A stretch of DNA of 64,000 nt from Podarcis filfolensis (Eukaryota): NCBI GenBank assembly GCA_964270895.1, contig OZ185437.1; one strand, given 5' to 3'. This document shows, one piece after another, positions 39,859 to 53,681 of the stretch; position 1 is the stretch's first letter, and the number at the start of each line of letters is the position of its first letter. Made by a program: the position numbers and the translations under genes. The notes under the pieces were generated by a model. That model had not been told where the DNA came from. It ran no database searches and worked only from the letters and a program-made list of their open reading frames with translations.

Positions 39859-40722
39859 GTAAGTGCCGATTGTTTTTGACATATCTCATATTCAGTGCTG
39901 AAATAAGCAGTTGTAGTTAGTTAAAGTGAAGAATTGACTCCTTTAAGCTTGAAAAGAACCATATTAAATGGAAAATACCCTAGTATCAAATACCACAGGG
40001 GGGAAAAAAATGAACAAACAAATTCTTCCAGAATGTAGTTTGGTGAATTTCTTACAGGATAAACACCGTGAGGTGAGGTGGGCAGGAACAATTGCTCTTG
40101 GATCCTTAGTTAAATTATCTTTTAGGAATTTAAGGGAATAAAGTTTCCCGTCCCCTCCTCCCCCAGCACCTGCTGAAAATCTTATTGGGAGGGCCCTCCA
40201 AAACAGTGGGGCATGGGGAGCTGCTGAGAAAAGGATGATAAACTTCATTTCCATGAACCTCTTTAAGTTAACTTACATTTGGATCAAGGCCTAATTTTGA
40301 GCAATTCCCCCAGGACTGCTGTTGTTTGGAAAGTCCTAACCCCACAGAGAAACACTTTGGACATTTGGAGGGACACACATAGTTGGGATGGGATAGGAAA
40401 CCCTCCTTCTGTGAACTTCTTTAAGTTAAAGTATCTTAGGATGCATGCCAGTGTTTTGCTTCTGCTTGGTTCTGTAGCCTGAATTAGTGCCATAGCAAAA
40501 TATTTTGAACTTCATTGCAGAACACACATCATTTAGGGCCCCTTGGCTTTCTCAAGACAAAGTCAAATGGATTCACTTCACATTGTGGATTTTAGTGGTC
40601 TGATTTCCATGAAAGCTGTGTAGCTTTTCAGACATTCTCTTCAGCTTTATGCAAATATATCTCACCAAAATGTCTTAAGTATGATTTGTAGTGAATGGTA
40701 CTCCTCCAATCTCGCACAACAG

Positions 40723-40895
40723 GGAGAAGAGCAGTGAGAAGCTACAACTCCGAAGTGATGCAGAGTTTGTCACCATGCACCTTCTGTGAAAAGGATGAAT
40801 GTGATCTTTGTTCAGCGGATGGCTCCTCATTAATTTACCTCTCTTGTGAACTGTTAATAGTACACGTAAGCCTGTTGTATAGTTGGTTGCTCTAA
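40723..40895 (+). CDS. CD109: CD109 last coding exon with GPI-signal-like tail and TAA stop
   Basis: caacag acceptor; RRAVRSYNSEV, Cys cluster, hydrophobic C-terminus LIYLSCELLIVHVSLLYSWLL*. Confidence 0.96.
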
Positions 40896-41447
40896 TGTGG
40901 GCATCTTACCCATGTTGCACTTCTAGGAGTATTATTGATCTCGCCATCCTACACAAGGGAAATCAGGATGGGGAAGTTCCTCACTTCCACTCATTGGAGG
41001 CAGAGACCTGATAGGAAAAGGGGATGAGTTCTAATTTGGAGAACTGAGATTGGGCCCTGTGACAGCTATCAGTTTATTTTATTTTATTTTTAAAAACACA
41101 CTGATAGGTCTAGAACTCTTGCAGGAACTTGCCATCTCCAAATGATTATCAGGAAGAGCCAGACTTCTCCCCAGAGAGTCTGTCTGAAATGATTATTCCA
41201 GGTCAGAGCGAAATGTTCTCCTGCACCCATTAAAGTTCAGGGATTAACTGCACATTCCTATCAATGTAAACTTAGAAATAATTCCCATTGAGTTCAATGG
41301 GGGTTACTTCTAGGTAAGTTTGTATAGTATTGCAGTCCAGACTTCTGTATCCAGAGACAGAAGGATCAAATATAAGTGCTAAATTTCTGGATGTGGTTCA
41401 GTAACATTAAGAACTTAAAACATGTAAACGTTAATGTTCATTTTCTA

Positions 41448-41453
41448 AATAAA
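41448..41453 (+). promoter_or_regulatory. Candidate polyadenylation signal AATAAA in CD109 3' UTR
   Basis: First AATAAA I found after the stop; others occur further downstream (e.g. 42177, 44139), so the true 3' end is undetermined. Confidence 0.3.
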
Positions 41454-41598
41454 TATTTAAATGAGATCAGATTTATTTGGAGGAAAAAAATTAGGAGTAT
41501 ATAGTTCTTTATTTGTACATTAAAAGTAAGATGTGTTTTTTTTAAAAAAAAGTTTTAGAAAATATATCATTATCTAAAGCCTTACATTCCTTTTAGTT

Positions 41599-41737
41599 CA
41601 GCTTTTGCCAACCTGGTGCCCTCCAGATGTTGTGGATTACAATTCCCATCAGATCCAGACGGCACAGGCATGCTGGCTCGGACTAGTAGGAGTTGTGGTC
41701 CAAAACATCTGGAAAGCACTGGATTGACAAAAACCAG
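41599..41737. mobile_element. Palindromic squamate MITE (ccagatg...cccatc...catctgg family); related copies at about 11425-11545, 47183-47262, 50195-50330
   Basis: ctccagatgttgtggattacaattccc / ggagttgtggtccaaaacatctgga inverted arms. Confidence 0.75.
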
Positions 41738-44149
41738 TTTAGATTATGACACATTTTATTCTAACATTTAATTTGCAAGTATTGCTGACTTTAATGGCAC
41801 AGGGTCAAGTCCTAGCTACAGATGCAAGAGCCCTATTCTCTTTAGCACCTTTTAAACAGTTGCGTAGAAGGGAGAATTTCCAGCAGATAGGGGGCACAAC
41901 AAGCTAGGCTTGCCGAAATCCCCTCTTCTACACAATACTGAATAATGGCACAAACAAAGCAAACTGAGGTGGTTTCTAAACAGCTACACTCACGCAGTCA
42001 CAAAATGAAAAATGCTAAATTTTATTCAAGACAACTTGTACCAGAAAAACGGTATCTGGTTATTGCTATTATTATTATTAAATGCAAGTGTGTGAAAAGC
42101 AGGCATCTTAAAGTTGAAGGCATCTGTTTTTCTCATGCACCTCGGTCTGAAATGTGATGTTGAGTTTACAGTAGAAAATAAATTACTTGCCCTGTTTCTT
42201 GCTGGGCAGTAAAACAGGAGCTGAATTGGCTGCCTCCCAACTTAAGACAGCATGAAGCATCAGCTTACCCACACAGTGCCATGGGGAAGAGGCATTAGGA
42301 ACTGTTGAATTGCATGGTGGGCTCTTCTGGCCCATAGGAATTTGAATACCTCAGTGGTAAGAATGCTACCATAGTTTTTAAAGCAACAGTAACAGAACCC
42401 CCCTGCAGTGGCTGGTCAGAGAAAAACGCCTTGCAAAGCAAGAGAAGATCCTCAGAAAGGAAGGAAACATGGTATAGGCTAAGATGGAGCCTAGAGTAGG
42501 CCTTTTTTCACTCAAGGTCAGGGTGGACAAGAAAAGCCAGATGAGAGGTTAAAAGTAGCAGTGTTCTTCATAATCTGGCTCTTATCTAAATTGCAATCAT
42601 TGCAATTTGCCAAAAGGTATAGGACAAACTACAACTAGTACATAGTCCTAGATGAATATCACCAATATTCACAATTTTGCAAAAATTCAAATTTTTGCCC
42701 AGTTTCCAGAGTGAAATTGAGTTTGAAATTTGAATTTACATTTACATTTTGAATGTTAAATCTTACCTCAACACTTAAGTGCTCTAGTCTTGTTGGCATA
42801 TACTGGTTGTTTTGACTTTGGCAGCCATCAACTATGAAATCTGATAAGTTGTAAACTATATAATACTCAATACCATTGCATGTCATTTATAAAATGTCAA
42901 ATATGTTGTACACCAACTATCAAAAATTGTTAGATAGCATTTGCCAACAAAATAACTAGCATTCAAATTATATTTTGTGACAAATAATCCTATGCATATT
43001 TACATGGAAGCAAGTGTCATTGAGTTCATTGGGGCATGTTTCCAGGTAAATGCATAGGGTTGCAGCCTTAAAAACCTTTCTATTTGAGCGAGACAGGTAA
43101 GCGCATGTTTTATGAAGTGTTTAAGTCTTTGTTCATTTGAAAGGGAGAGCTTTAAACAGATGCTTAACTTTGGCTGATTGCTAATTGTTAATGCTGCCGT
43201 TTTTCTTTCATTTAGATAACTAATTCTTATTCCCTGCGCATGTATGTTTTGTCCAAACTTTGCAATGTCTTGATTATATATTTTTCTACTATGCAATGAT
43301 GTATACATTTTAAGATTCTTAGTTTGCGGTATCGTTGCAGTTTTCTTTGCTGGGATTTCTAAAATATTTTACTGACTTTTCAAGTGAAAATGCAAAACAA
43401 CCATATGGTGTTAAATTTCTGGCTGGGCCATCTTATATAGCTTACCTGTCCTTTCCACTGAATCTAGAAGTCATTGCAATTACTTCATTAAATGGCAACA
43501 TTTTTTCTGTTTTGGATTAGATGGTTCTCGATTTACTAATGGACAGTAGCGGGTGAGGTTTCAATAATCCAGCAAAAGCAATGTTTGTATTGAAGCAAGG
43601 TTACAGATTTGGGGACAATTTGTCAATCTGGCAAAGGCAATGTATGCATGGGAACAGGCTTCTGTGTTTCATCTTTTGCTACTTTGAACCCAGCATTCAG
43701 AACTGTGTGTGCGGATTTTGAATTCAGAATTTGGTTCTGCCAAATAACCAGGCAGTACTATCACTGTGCTGAAAAGAAAAATTATATAAAGTTTTCAAAT
43801 ACAAGGCTACTATATTTGTTGATTACGGGAAAATCTTTGTCTGTAGTAAAAATCACGGAATAGCACACTGTACATGGAAGCTAGATTTTAAGTACCTGAA
43901 CTGAGAATCACTCTCCTTGGTCACAGAAGCTTTAGCAAACTGTCCGTAGCTTTAGGTCACTCTTAAGGTTAGAAGCCCACTTTGTCATAAAAGCCTGATG
44001 CAAACATTCATGGAAAACTATTGTTTCAAGCAAACCACTTAAGAAAAAAGTTATGCTCTTGAGGAACAGTCCAGCATCACCTTTCCAATGCAATTTTCAA
44101 GACAGTTTATAACACAGATTAAAATAGGAAATACTCAGAATAAAATTGC

Positions 44150-44475
44150 AAGATAAAATACTGGCAAGAGATCATAAGACAGTAGATGGAAACCAAGAAG
44201 TTTAAAATAACAGCAGTTTGGCTGTTCTTGCAAAATGGCAAACATTTTTGTGAGGTGGCGCAAGGCCATTGTGCAGGTCTCCTTCAGAACCGAGTTCCAC
44301 AGCCCTCAGTGTGGCTACAGGACAACTCCCTTCTGCATCCCAGCTAAGCACTCTTCAGATGGAAAGAAAGCAGAGTCTCTCCAGTAGATCTTAATGAGTG
44401 AGCAGGTTCACATGGGAGAAGACAATCCTTTAGATATCCCGATCCTAGGTGGATTAGGGTCTTAAATCCTATCTG
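44150..44475 (-). mobile_element. L2 LINE fragment
   Basis: gagttccacagc...gatcttaatg...caggttcacatgggagaagacaatccttt. Confidence 0.6.
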
Positions 44476-46323
44476 CTGCTTCACCTGCTACTCATATTAG
44501 TTGCTCAAAACTGAGTAGGTAATGAGAGATATATGCAAGTGAATTCTTTGAACTGAACAAGAGACTACAGGCCCAATTTGCATCTAAGCACAGAATATAA
44601 TGAGCAACCATCTGGGCTATTGCAGAAAAGCTGTATCGTGTGGATGTCTAAAATAATATGTTTAAAATAATATGGATGCATATTATTGATGGGGGGGATG
44701 CACACCATTGCTGTATATTTTGGTTATCATTGATTTGTTTCAAGTGAAAATTGTGGATAGTTTACATCAAATTAAAATAGCCCATTAATATTTTGCTAAG
44801 TTTTTAAAATTTTTAAAAAACCTGTGCGTGTACAAACACACACTCACACTCTCTCACACACTCTATACTGAAGAAGAGTGAGTATTTCTGTTGAGAGCAA
44901 TGGCTACACTGCACTATAGCAGTAGGACTCAGCTTTTTTGGAATATTAGCCAAAGTTGAATGGATGCACTCCTATGAGAGGAAGTGCTTCTCTGAAACGA
45001 GCACTACCCATTGTTTTCATAAAACACACATTCAGAATGCTTCTGCATGGGCAAAATTCTGCATCCACATGAGATCTACTCAATTTTGGCCCCTGTGTTT
45101 TATTTATTCTTTTTCATGTCCTGAGTAGGCTATGCTATCTTCCAAGTCACTTCTAAATTGTCACATCTACAAACTTGGAAGCATTAACTGCCATGGTTTT
45201 CACCAAGGGATTCAGAGAACTAGCTTGGTGAGATGCTATGTTTTCTGTTAGACACCCTTCTCCAAAGAACTATGCACCCCAGGGTCTCCCAAGAATAGGT
45301 TATGACTGTTTACCCAGTTTTATGTATGTAGGTTTAGTGTGCCCTCAACTAAACCTCTATCCGGCTTTGCAGACACCATGATTGCTGGATTTTATATCTG
45401 CTGACAGAATTCAGATTTAAGAATAAAACACCAGAGCATTGATTCATGTCAGCTATTGTGCTCACTGAACATTTTGAAAATGCAAACAAGTTTTTTATGG
45501 GCAAATGTGTGCGTAGGCTGGGGTTTACTCACAACAGCACCACTCTACAAAAAGCAAAATGCAATGCGATAATGGTGTTGGAGGCAGGCATTTTGGACTG
45601 CCAATTATTTTATTTATTCTCTTTTTGGAAACTCTGGATTTGACAGATGCACATCTAAGATGTGTGCTTTAAGAGGCATTTAGAAATGCCATGTACGACT
45701 GGTTGGGTGTGAGTTTAGTTCATTGCCAAGACACGTGTGCTGTGATTTATTTTTTTTAACCTCATGTTTCAGTCAGCAGTAAAGTAAATAATGGGGCTGA
45801 TGGAATAATGGGCTGGATGACATTTATCAAGGGATCCCGAATGAAGTCTGTTGAGTATATTTCAAAGAAATTATAGCCAATGACTTATGCAAAAGTGGTG
45901 TGCTTCAAAGAAGGCCAGTTATGAGCTAATAGCTTTATTGATTTATAAAAAAAGAGGAGTCCTGATTTACGAATCAGTTTAACTCCTCTATCAAAGAACT
46001 AATTAAACCAAGTCATGAACCATTTTATTTTGTACATGTTGCCTAACTCAAATGTTTTAAGTGTGAGTACAAGGAACAAATCACGCTAACCCAGTCTCCT
46101 CATTTGATTAAATGAGTGTTTGGGAAAAGTACCCTGGAAAGTTTAATGAAATCCCCACCGAAATTAATTGGAACAGTAGAAGAACATTGTTCACCAGAAC
46201 GCAAATCAGGCTGTCTTCAAGAAACACTGCCAAGGCCCTTTCAGGTTCTCTTTATCTTAGCTAGGTTACTCAATAATAAAAGAAAAGTGGCAGTGTGAGT
46301 TTTGGAATGCCCTCTCTAAAGAC

Positions 46324-46663
46324 GTGGGTGGGTTAAACCACAGAGCTTAGGACTTGCCGATCAGAAGGTCGGCGGTTCGAATCCCTGCGATGGGGTGAGC
46401 TCCCGTTGCTCGGTCACTGCTCCTGCCAACCTAGCAGTTCGAAAGCATGTCAAAGTGCAAGTAGAGAAATAGGTACCACTTCAGCGGGAAGGTAAACGGC
46501 GTTTCCGTGCGCTGCTCTGGTTCTCCAGAAGCAGCTTAGTCATGCTGGCCACATGACCTGGAAGCTGTACGCCAGCTCCCTCGGCCAATAAAGCGAGATG
46601 AGCGCCTCAACCCCAGAGTCGTCTGCGACTGGACCTAATGGTCAGGGGTCCCTTTACCTTTAC
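46324..46663 (+). mobile_element. Sauria SINE, slightly 5'-truncated
   Basis: TSD ctctaaagac at 46314-46323 and 46664-46673. Confidence 0.93.
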
Positions 46664-49600
46664 CTCTAAAGACACTTGCCTGGCACGTACTCTTCTTTAC
46701 TCAGAAATTTCAACTTGAGATTCTAAGTTGTTTTAAGGGTTGTATCTATTTTTTATTCTTGTATTTGTACTGTGATGAAAAGGTCACACCATCCTGAAAT
46801 CCTACTGTCACCATTAATATAGTAATATATTATCTTTCCTCCTGCAGTAGCCCAGGGCACCGCACAACTTAATGAAAATGTGATGTTTTCCACAAATGGG
46901 AATTCACAGCACTGTATCAACAGATGTTTTTTGGGGTGGTAGATCTTAGAAGTTCCCAACAGTGACTTTTGGGAAAGTCATAGAGCAGAAGAAACCTGTA
47001 CAATGCTATCTTTGGACTGGCAATCACATAACCTTGGTTAAAGTCACAAACTAGTGCAATATGTCTCTTAAAAATAAAAATAAAAACGCCTTTGTTTGCT
47101 ACCTGCAATCTTCACCTGTTGCTTGTATGCCGTATGTCATGTCAATGGTATTGCTGAAACCCCCTCAAGATTAGTATGGAAAAGCTTTTCCCAACCTGAG
47201 GTTCTCCAGCACATGCCAGCTGGGGCTGATGGGAGTTCTGGTCCAACACAGCTGGAGGGCACCTCGTCCCCTTAATCCTGCTTGCGCAGACATAGCTTGG
47301 CAAAGTTCTCTTCTATCGCCTCTATGGCAACTCCTTCGGGGGATTCTGTGATCCCGTATTAACATCAAATAATGTGGAGACCTAGCTTACAAGCAAGCTG
47401 ATCACCAGCCCCAGCCCAGCCAGATGTGGGATATATTGGTTAAGGGCTCGGCACGTGCGGATTTCAAGAAGGGTAATCTTCTATCTGTGTGGGCTGCAGA
47501 AGTATTGACCACAAATATTTTTCCTAGTACCAGATATGTTTTTCCTGGCACCAAATGTGTAATAGAGTGTGACAGAACATACAACAGAATTCATGGAGGT
47601 AAATGGTTATATAGCATGAAATTAGCTCTTCCTGTGGTTGTCTCTCCACGAGCAAATAAATGCTATATCAGTATTACATTGTGTAAATATTATTTGGAAG
47701 CCAAGAGTTGAAAGGGGTCAGAAGGTAGGGGAAGATCAGCTGGGGAAGAGGGTTAGTGTTAGGGGGGAAGCAGCAAACAGAGAAAGGTTAATCATCCCCT
47801 TGACCCCATCACTTTCCCCCACTTCACATTGCCTTCTGCTTATAATGCTTTGCAGAGAATGAGCAAGCCGCTAAGGCACTTGCACACTGGTCCTAAGAAT
47901 ACCAGATGATACCAGAAAGAGACGATTCAAGTGGTTGGCTGCTTGAGCCCAGCACATACTTTTAGTAGTAGAACGAGCTATGCATAAATGCTTAAGTAAA
48001 TAATCCCCAAATTTTCAATTAAGTGCAGGTGTGAAGTTTGTTCCTTCCTTGGACCTAAGAAGTGTTATGCAGCTGTACAAGGAGTAAATATTCTGCAGTT
48101 GCAGAAATCCAGAATCTAATAGTTTTAAGATTGTTTCTCATTTCCTCTTAAGTTCATGCAACATGGTGGGATAAGCCCTGTCAAACCGAGTTACTAAAGC
48201 TTGTGTAAGATGATCCAGAAGTTAGAAATAATTCTAATTAAATGCACTAAATAAATTTATCCCAGATGTTTCTAAGACAGCCATTGTAGAGATGCTACAT
48301 AACTTCATGGCAGGAGAAAGTGCATATAAAGTTTCAGACCTCCTTTATTCCAAAGTTCCGGACGTGTATCTGGGCAGTTATTTATTTTGTTTAACAACAA
48401 GTATAAATAATAAAGTAAACAAATAGCCTAGATATGCTTCTGTCACCAATGGTATGGTGTGGTGATTTACAGCTGTTTAGAAGTACAATCAACTGTTCCA
48501 TGAGGATGAAACAAAATGATATAGTTCTTTAGGAAGTAAAAAATATTCTCCCTTTGTATATCACTTCAAAGTATCTAAGCAGTTTATGGAAAACAATAAC
48601 ATATAGCAATTCAATTACAAAGTAAGAGCACAAATACATAACTGAGTAAACACAGTGTGGGAACAAAATACAGCCAAATCTTTGTCAAGGAAGACCTGGG
48701 CAAAAAGGAAAGCTTCCAGTAAACATTGTAAGCTGTAGAAATGATGCACAAAGTTCCTAATTGTGGGGAAACTAAAGAAATCACTGGTGAGTAAAATATG
48801 TACTTATAAAATAAAACATTGCAATAAATAAGGAGTCACATGCGTTTAAGTGGCACTACACTGATTCATGCAATTCAGGACACAAGGAGCAAAATAAACA
48901 GGGTGCTAACTCTGCATTTGTCCTTCCAACTACCTCAAGTTGAGGGACGGGTTCCCACCCATTTGGTATCTTGCACAGAGCACCTTCCTTTGTTCCCTTA
49001 ATGACCCATTATCTCAACAGGAAGCTAGCTGGGCTATTCCAAGAATTAGAAGGGCCACTAGGCTTTCAGCTTAACCTCCACAACTCATAATACTATTTTA
49101 GTCTGTTACGATAGGTCTGGGTTGCGTATCACTTTAAACCATAGTTAAAATTAATCATGGTTAAATGTGAATGAGCATCTTGGTGATACAAGGAGCTGAA
49201 ATCACATCCCTACCTTATTCCTGCTGCAGAGGCAGGGTGCAAATAATAAAATTAGTAGGAGGGGTATGGTATGGTATGGTTTAGTGTTATGCCAGATGTC
49301 AACTCATGGTTTGTCTTCTTCAAACACACCATTGCAGGACATTTGTGAAGATAATATGCACGTAGAAACTGATACAATGGCAGTCATATTGGCACATGGG
49401 AGCGATATCCAAGACAGGCCATTAAGTGGTGTGGAGGAGTGTAGAGCAGGTAGCTTAGAAATAAGATGTAAGGGGAACAACCCCCCAAATCTGGCTCGTA
49501 CACAGCTGGTTTCATACTTTAGTGTTCAAAGGAGGCCCTTGTGACTTGCCAGATGTGAGAGGGACCATCAGTCACCATGCAAGAAAAATGGGCATTTATC

Positions 49601-50984
49601 TCTTAGAAGAATGCTTTTAAAAATTCTGATCCAAGTGGGAAGGAAATAGTATTATGTACACATGTGGAATTAATGTTCTGCAGTTTTCACATACAGCAAA
49701 AGTGGCCAGCTTTGTAGGATGTCAATTAAATTCATAGGTTTGATTGTACAATGTGTTCTTAGCTACAATTTCGGAATGTGCATAAAAAGAAAGAAATACC
49801 ACATTACTTTCATTTATAATGGAGTTCTTCAACACAGGTATGTGTCCGACATCATTAAAACATCTTGTTGCTTGACCAAGTCACCAGTGCATCAGTGATG
49901 CCAGTTTTTGGCTACGCTATTTCAGGTTGTGATTATACAAGGGGTTTTCAGTTGTGTGTGAAAACAAAGAGTGGATGCAGACATGCCTCAACGTCTCCCT
50001 CTGTCTCAAACATGGTTCTGAGCTTTGCCCTTGTTGGATTTTTCAACCAAGAAGATTCAGCTAAATCTATTTTTTAAAACATGTTGAGGTAAACATGTGC
50101 TCAGCTTTCACCTTTTGAAATGAATGGGGCTTAAACGTGTTTAAATTGGCTGCCCTAAAGCAGTGATAGTCTTCTGTATGAGGGATGGCGAATGCATGAC
50201 CTCCACCCAAAATGTACTCAAACATCACCTCCCATCATCTCTGATCATTGGCTGTGCTGACTGGAGGTGATGGGAACTGGACTCCCAACAACATCTAGAG
50301 AGCCACAGGTTCCCAGTCTGTGCCCTAAGCAGTTCCTACAGAGAAGAGGCATTTGGGGGGCCTTTCTTGCAAGTGAAAAGTTGCAAAGCCAATTGCCTTA
50401 ATTCCCTCTTAGCTTTCCAGCGGCATCTCTCCTGCCCCGTCCAGAGCAAACTTCCAGGTACTTGGAGCATTATTATAGAAAACTCATGTCCTTGCAAAAC
50501 AACATTGTTGTCACTCTTGGGTCAATTTATACTCATTCAACAGAAAATAAATGTCTGTTTCTTGTTGAAGTATGGGAGCATTGCTCTAGTTTACTTGTAT
50601 CGGTTTGAATCATATTATTCCCCAATGCGAAATGGGTGTTTTGACATGTGTGCAACCAAACAGGAAGGACATGGAAACAGCTGTGAGGACAGGCTTGGAA
50701 GGCAGAATGCTTTTACTGAGTTATGAGGACTGTGTCTAAGCACCATGAATAAAACCCAGCAGTCACAAATGTGATGCATTAAAAAGAGGATAGGGTAGGG
50801 GGAAGCTTTACTGACTCATGATCAGTCTGTGATTCACTAGTCTCCACATATTTATGCTGCTAGACACTTCAGTTCTGTGCACCTTCTTGTTAGGTTAGGA
50901 TAGACTAATACTTCCTCTGCTGCTGCCCAAACCCTTTCCTCTGCCTGAAATTTATAGATGACATCTTAGTAACATGGAACATAG

Positions 50985-51990
50985 GATTAGGAAATATTTG
51001 AGAAATTCCAGAAGGACGTCAACAACTACCACTTCACCACCAACTTCAGCCTGGACCAGTCCATGCAACAATTCACTTTTTGGACATCAATGTGCATCTG
51101 CACATTGGACTGATAAGCAGCAACTTATGCACAATGAATATAGAATCAGCACCATATACACACTGAGATGCCTCTAGCATTCTAGAAAGTATAACAAGAG
51201 CCGTTGCCTATGGCCAAACCCTAAGATACAACTGTTTATTCTAGTTTCTTGGAAAGGGCCCCACATGCAAGATTTTCATCAGGCATTCCTTTACTCAATG
51301 AAGTAAAAAGGCAACAATCAACAAGTATGTAGGAATAATCTCCTATGGATGTGACAGAATATACCACTTGTGTCACCTATAACTTTCAGTGAATACAATT
51401 CCAATGTATTATCTACGATCCATAGCTGATCCTGAACCATATTTCCTTTCTTGAGTGGTAGTTCTGTCCCTGCTTACAGACCGCCCCTAATGTAAAACAG
51501 CAGTGCACTAGCAGCAACAACTGGCCATACAACAGAGACATAACATAACACAACACAGGGACCAGGCTCTGCAACAAATCCAGATGTCTGTAGCTACATC
51601 TACCCAGGCAAAGCTGTTGCAGGATTTGTTTATTCATATTTAACAAAATGTATTTATCTCTTGATCGTAAGAAAACTTCCCAAGTGGTTTACGAAAACAT
51701 ACAACAAAACATTAAAATTCTCAATTAAAAACACACACATAAAAGTAGGTATTTAAAAACATTCCAAAGCTCATCAAAATCAACAGCAGCTAAAAAGAAA
51801 TAAAACACACGAAACTTCCAGATGTCTGGATAGGCCCTCCTATTTTTAAAAAGCTGGTCCTGAAAAGAATAACACCACCTTTAACTTCAGAGACTCATTT
51901 ACCTGCTCACCTACAAATGGGAACTATACCACCTGCAAGTGATTCCCTTCTGCTTCCTTCATAGGACAAGCAGGTGAATTCTATGGAAAA
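50985..51990 (+). mobile_element. Degenerate Penelope-like retroelement (RT C-terminal part towards GIY-YIG), interrupted by an L2-type tail near 51615-51760
   Basis: Broken translation EKFQKDVNNYHFTTNFSLDQS..FLD, ..RAVAYGQTLRYN.., ..RPCNKSRC.. resembles reptile Penelope ORF. Confidence 0.7.
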
Positions 51991-52429
51991 TAATGAATGG
52001 ATGCAAAGCTGACCACAGAAATGGCAATGCTGAGAAACAAGGAGGGAGAACATTGCAGTATCCCAGGACATTCCACTGCTGAGCTACTGCTCTAAAGGTA
52101 CCGATGCTAAAATTATACTGTGACCCATTATAATTTTTTCAAGTTTGTTGCTAGGCTAAAGGTGAGGATATTTAGGAAAGGGAAAACAACAACAATAGCA
52201 TAGGACAGTTGCAAGTGGCAGATTAAAAAAAAAATCCTGCTTGTGAATGCCTATATTTTGATGTGCATACCATTCCATAAAGTATGTGTGAAATTAACAA
52301 TGCAAAGTAGACTCCTGCATGCAGAAGAGATTAGTCTTCCTTATACATGAACTGTTTGTAGAAGAGAGGCTGTTGCACCAGCTATCTGGGAGAACTAGTC
52401 CTAAGAGATGGAGGAAATCATAAAAACAC

Positions 52430-52586
52430 ATTGATGTGGAGTGCATCACCTCTGGGATTTTACAGAATAGGTTGGATAAACATCTGCCACTTAGCAGTTA
52501 TTTAATCTTGAGCTTTACTACATCTTTCCTGACTCAGGGGGTTGTGATGACCCTTGAAAGCCTATCACAATTTTAGTATCCTATGA
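52430..52586 (+). mobile_element. CR1 3' terminus fragment
   Basis: aggttggataaacatctgcc...gatgacccttg...tatcctatga. Confidence 0.6.
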
Positions 52587-53264
52587 CATAACCTAAATTG
52601 TCTAATGTCAGTTGACCCTCTTAAGAACCTGGCATTCTTCTGAGTTCCAAAGTCTTTATCAACACTCCCTCGAGCCCAGTCCAGCAGATGAAGCAGCTCT
52701 AGCTTTGAGCTGTAAAAGCTGTATTCCTGGTTCTATCTAGCATGGATATCAGGGTTAAATTCTTACATAAGCTGGGACATATGGAAACATTAGCACTGAC
52801 GAGAAACGAGGCAAGTCAGCTCATGGGCTCTGTTTCTCTGTTATGGCTTACAGCTGAGTAAATGAAGCTGGAATGCTGGAATGTTTTGTGGACAACGTAA
52901 CAAAAGCAAATGTCTCTTCCATGTCTTGCAGTAGCTTTCCCATGAGCTTGCTACACACATATCCATAGAGGCTCAATTCTCAGCTACAATCATGGCTTAT
53001 TTTGAGGCAGGACCTATTTCAATGTCATGCTAGAGTTGGAGGTTATGCTAATTAGATTATGCAATTAATTAGAGGTGACACAGGAGAGCATGATTGGATT
53101 GCCTGGATTTGGGCCACAGTACTGAAGAAGAGGAGGTTATCCCTATCCTTGCCATTTCCTTAACTTACATAAATTGCCTGTGCCACATAAGGTTAGCTGT
53201 GAAAGAGGAAAAAATAGGAACAATAGGTGTACCTATCTCCCTCCAGCCCAGGGATTAATAGCAA

Positions 53265-53445
53265 CTATGAGTTAGCCTGGAAAAGAGGAGACTGCAAGGC
53301 GATATGGTAGCCATTTTCAAATATCTCAAGGGCTGTCAAATGGAAGCGGGAACAAGCTTGTTTTCTCCTGCTCTGGAGGGTAGGACTTGAACCAGAGGCT
53401 TCACATTACAAGAAAGGAGATTCTGGCTAAACACTTTCTGACAGA
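53265..53445 (+). mobile_element. CR1 LINE fragment
   Basis: agcctggaaaagaggagactgcaaggcgatatggtagccattttcaaatatctcaaggg. Confidence 0.8.
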
Positions 53446-53654
53446 TAGCATGAGGAACCAACCCCTATTCCTCCAGCACTGCAGCCCCAATCCAATCCCC
53501 AGTGGGCTGTTTAAACAGAAGAAAGAAGGTCAGGATATCTGATCATGGACCTTTGATTTTGCATCTAGTCTGGGTCTTAGTGGCTTGGGAGCCACTGCAG
53601 TCCTTCCTATGCTGCTCTGAAAACATTTTTTTAAAATCTTCCATTTATAACTAA

Positions 53655-53681
53655 CAATCAATCAATCAATCAATCAATCAA
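53655..53681. repeat. (CAAT)n tetranucleotide microsatellite
   Basis: direct reading. Confidence 0.9.

Larger units (their letters stand above)
689..40895 (+). other. CD109: CD109 gene span (5' part outside window), 26 coding exons
   Basis: Spliced translation tracks human CD109 from YTYGKPV to the C-terminus. All junctions are GT-AG with compatible phases. 26 exons would correspond to human exons 8-33 if the structure is conserved. Confidence 0.97.

Noticed and set aside
49266-49544. ORF with VILAHGSDIQDR resembling an ankyrin repeat
   Set aside because: Only one partial motif, no TPLH, and no splice support.
49819-49843. ATG GAG TTC TTC AAC ACA G followed by a gtatgt donor
   Set aside because: No promoter or CpG-island context and no downstream plus-strand exons identified.
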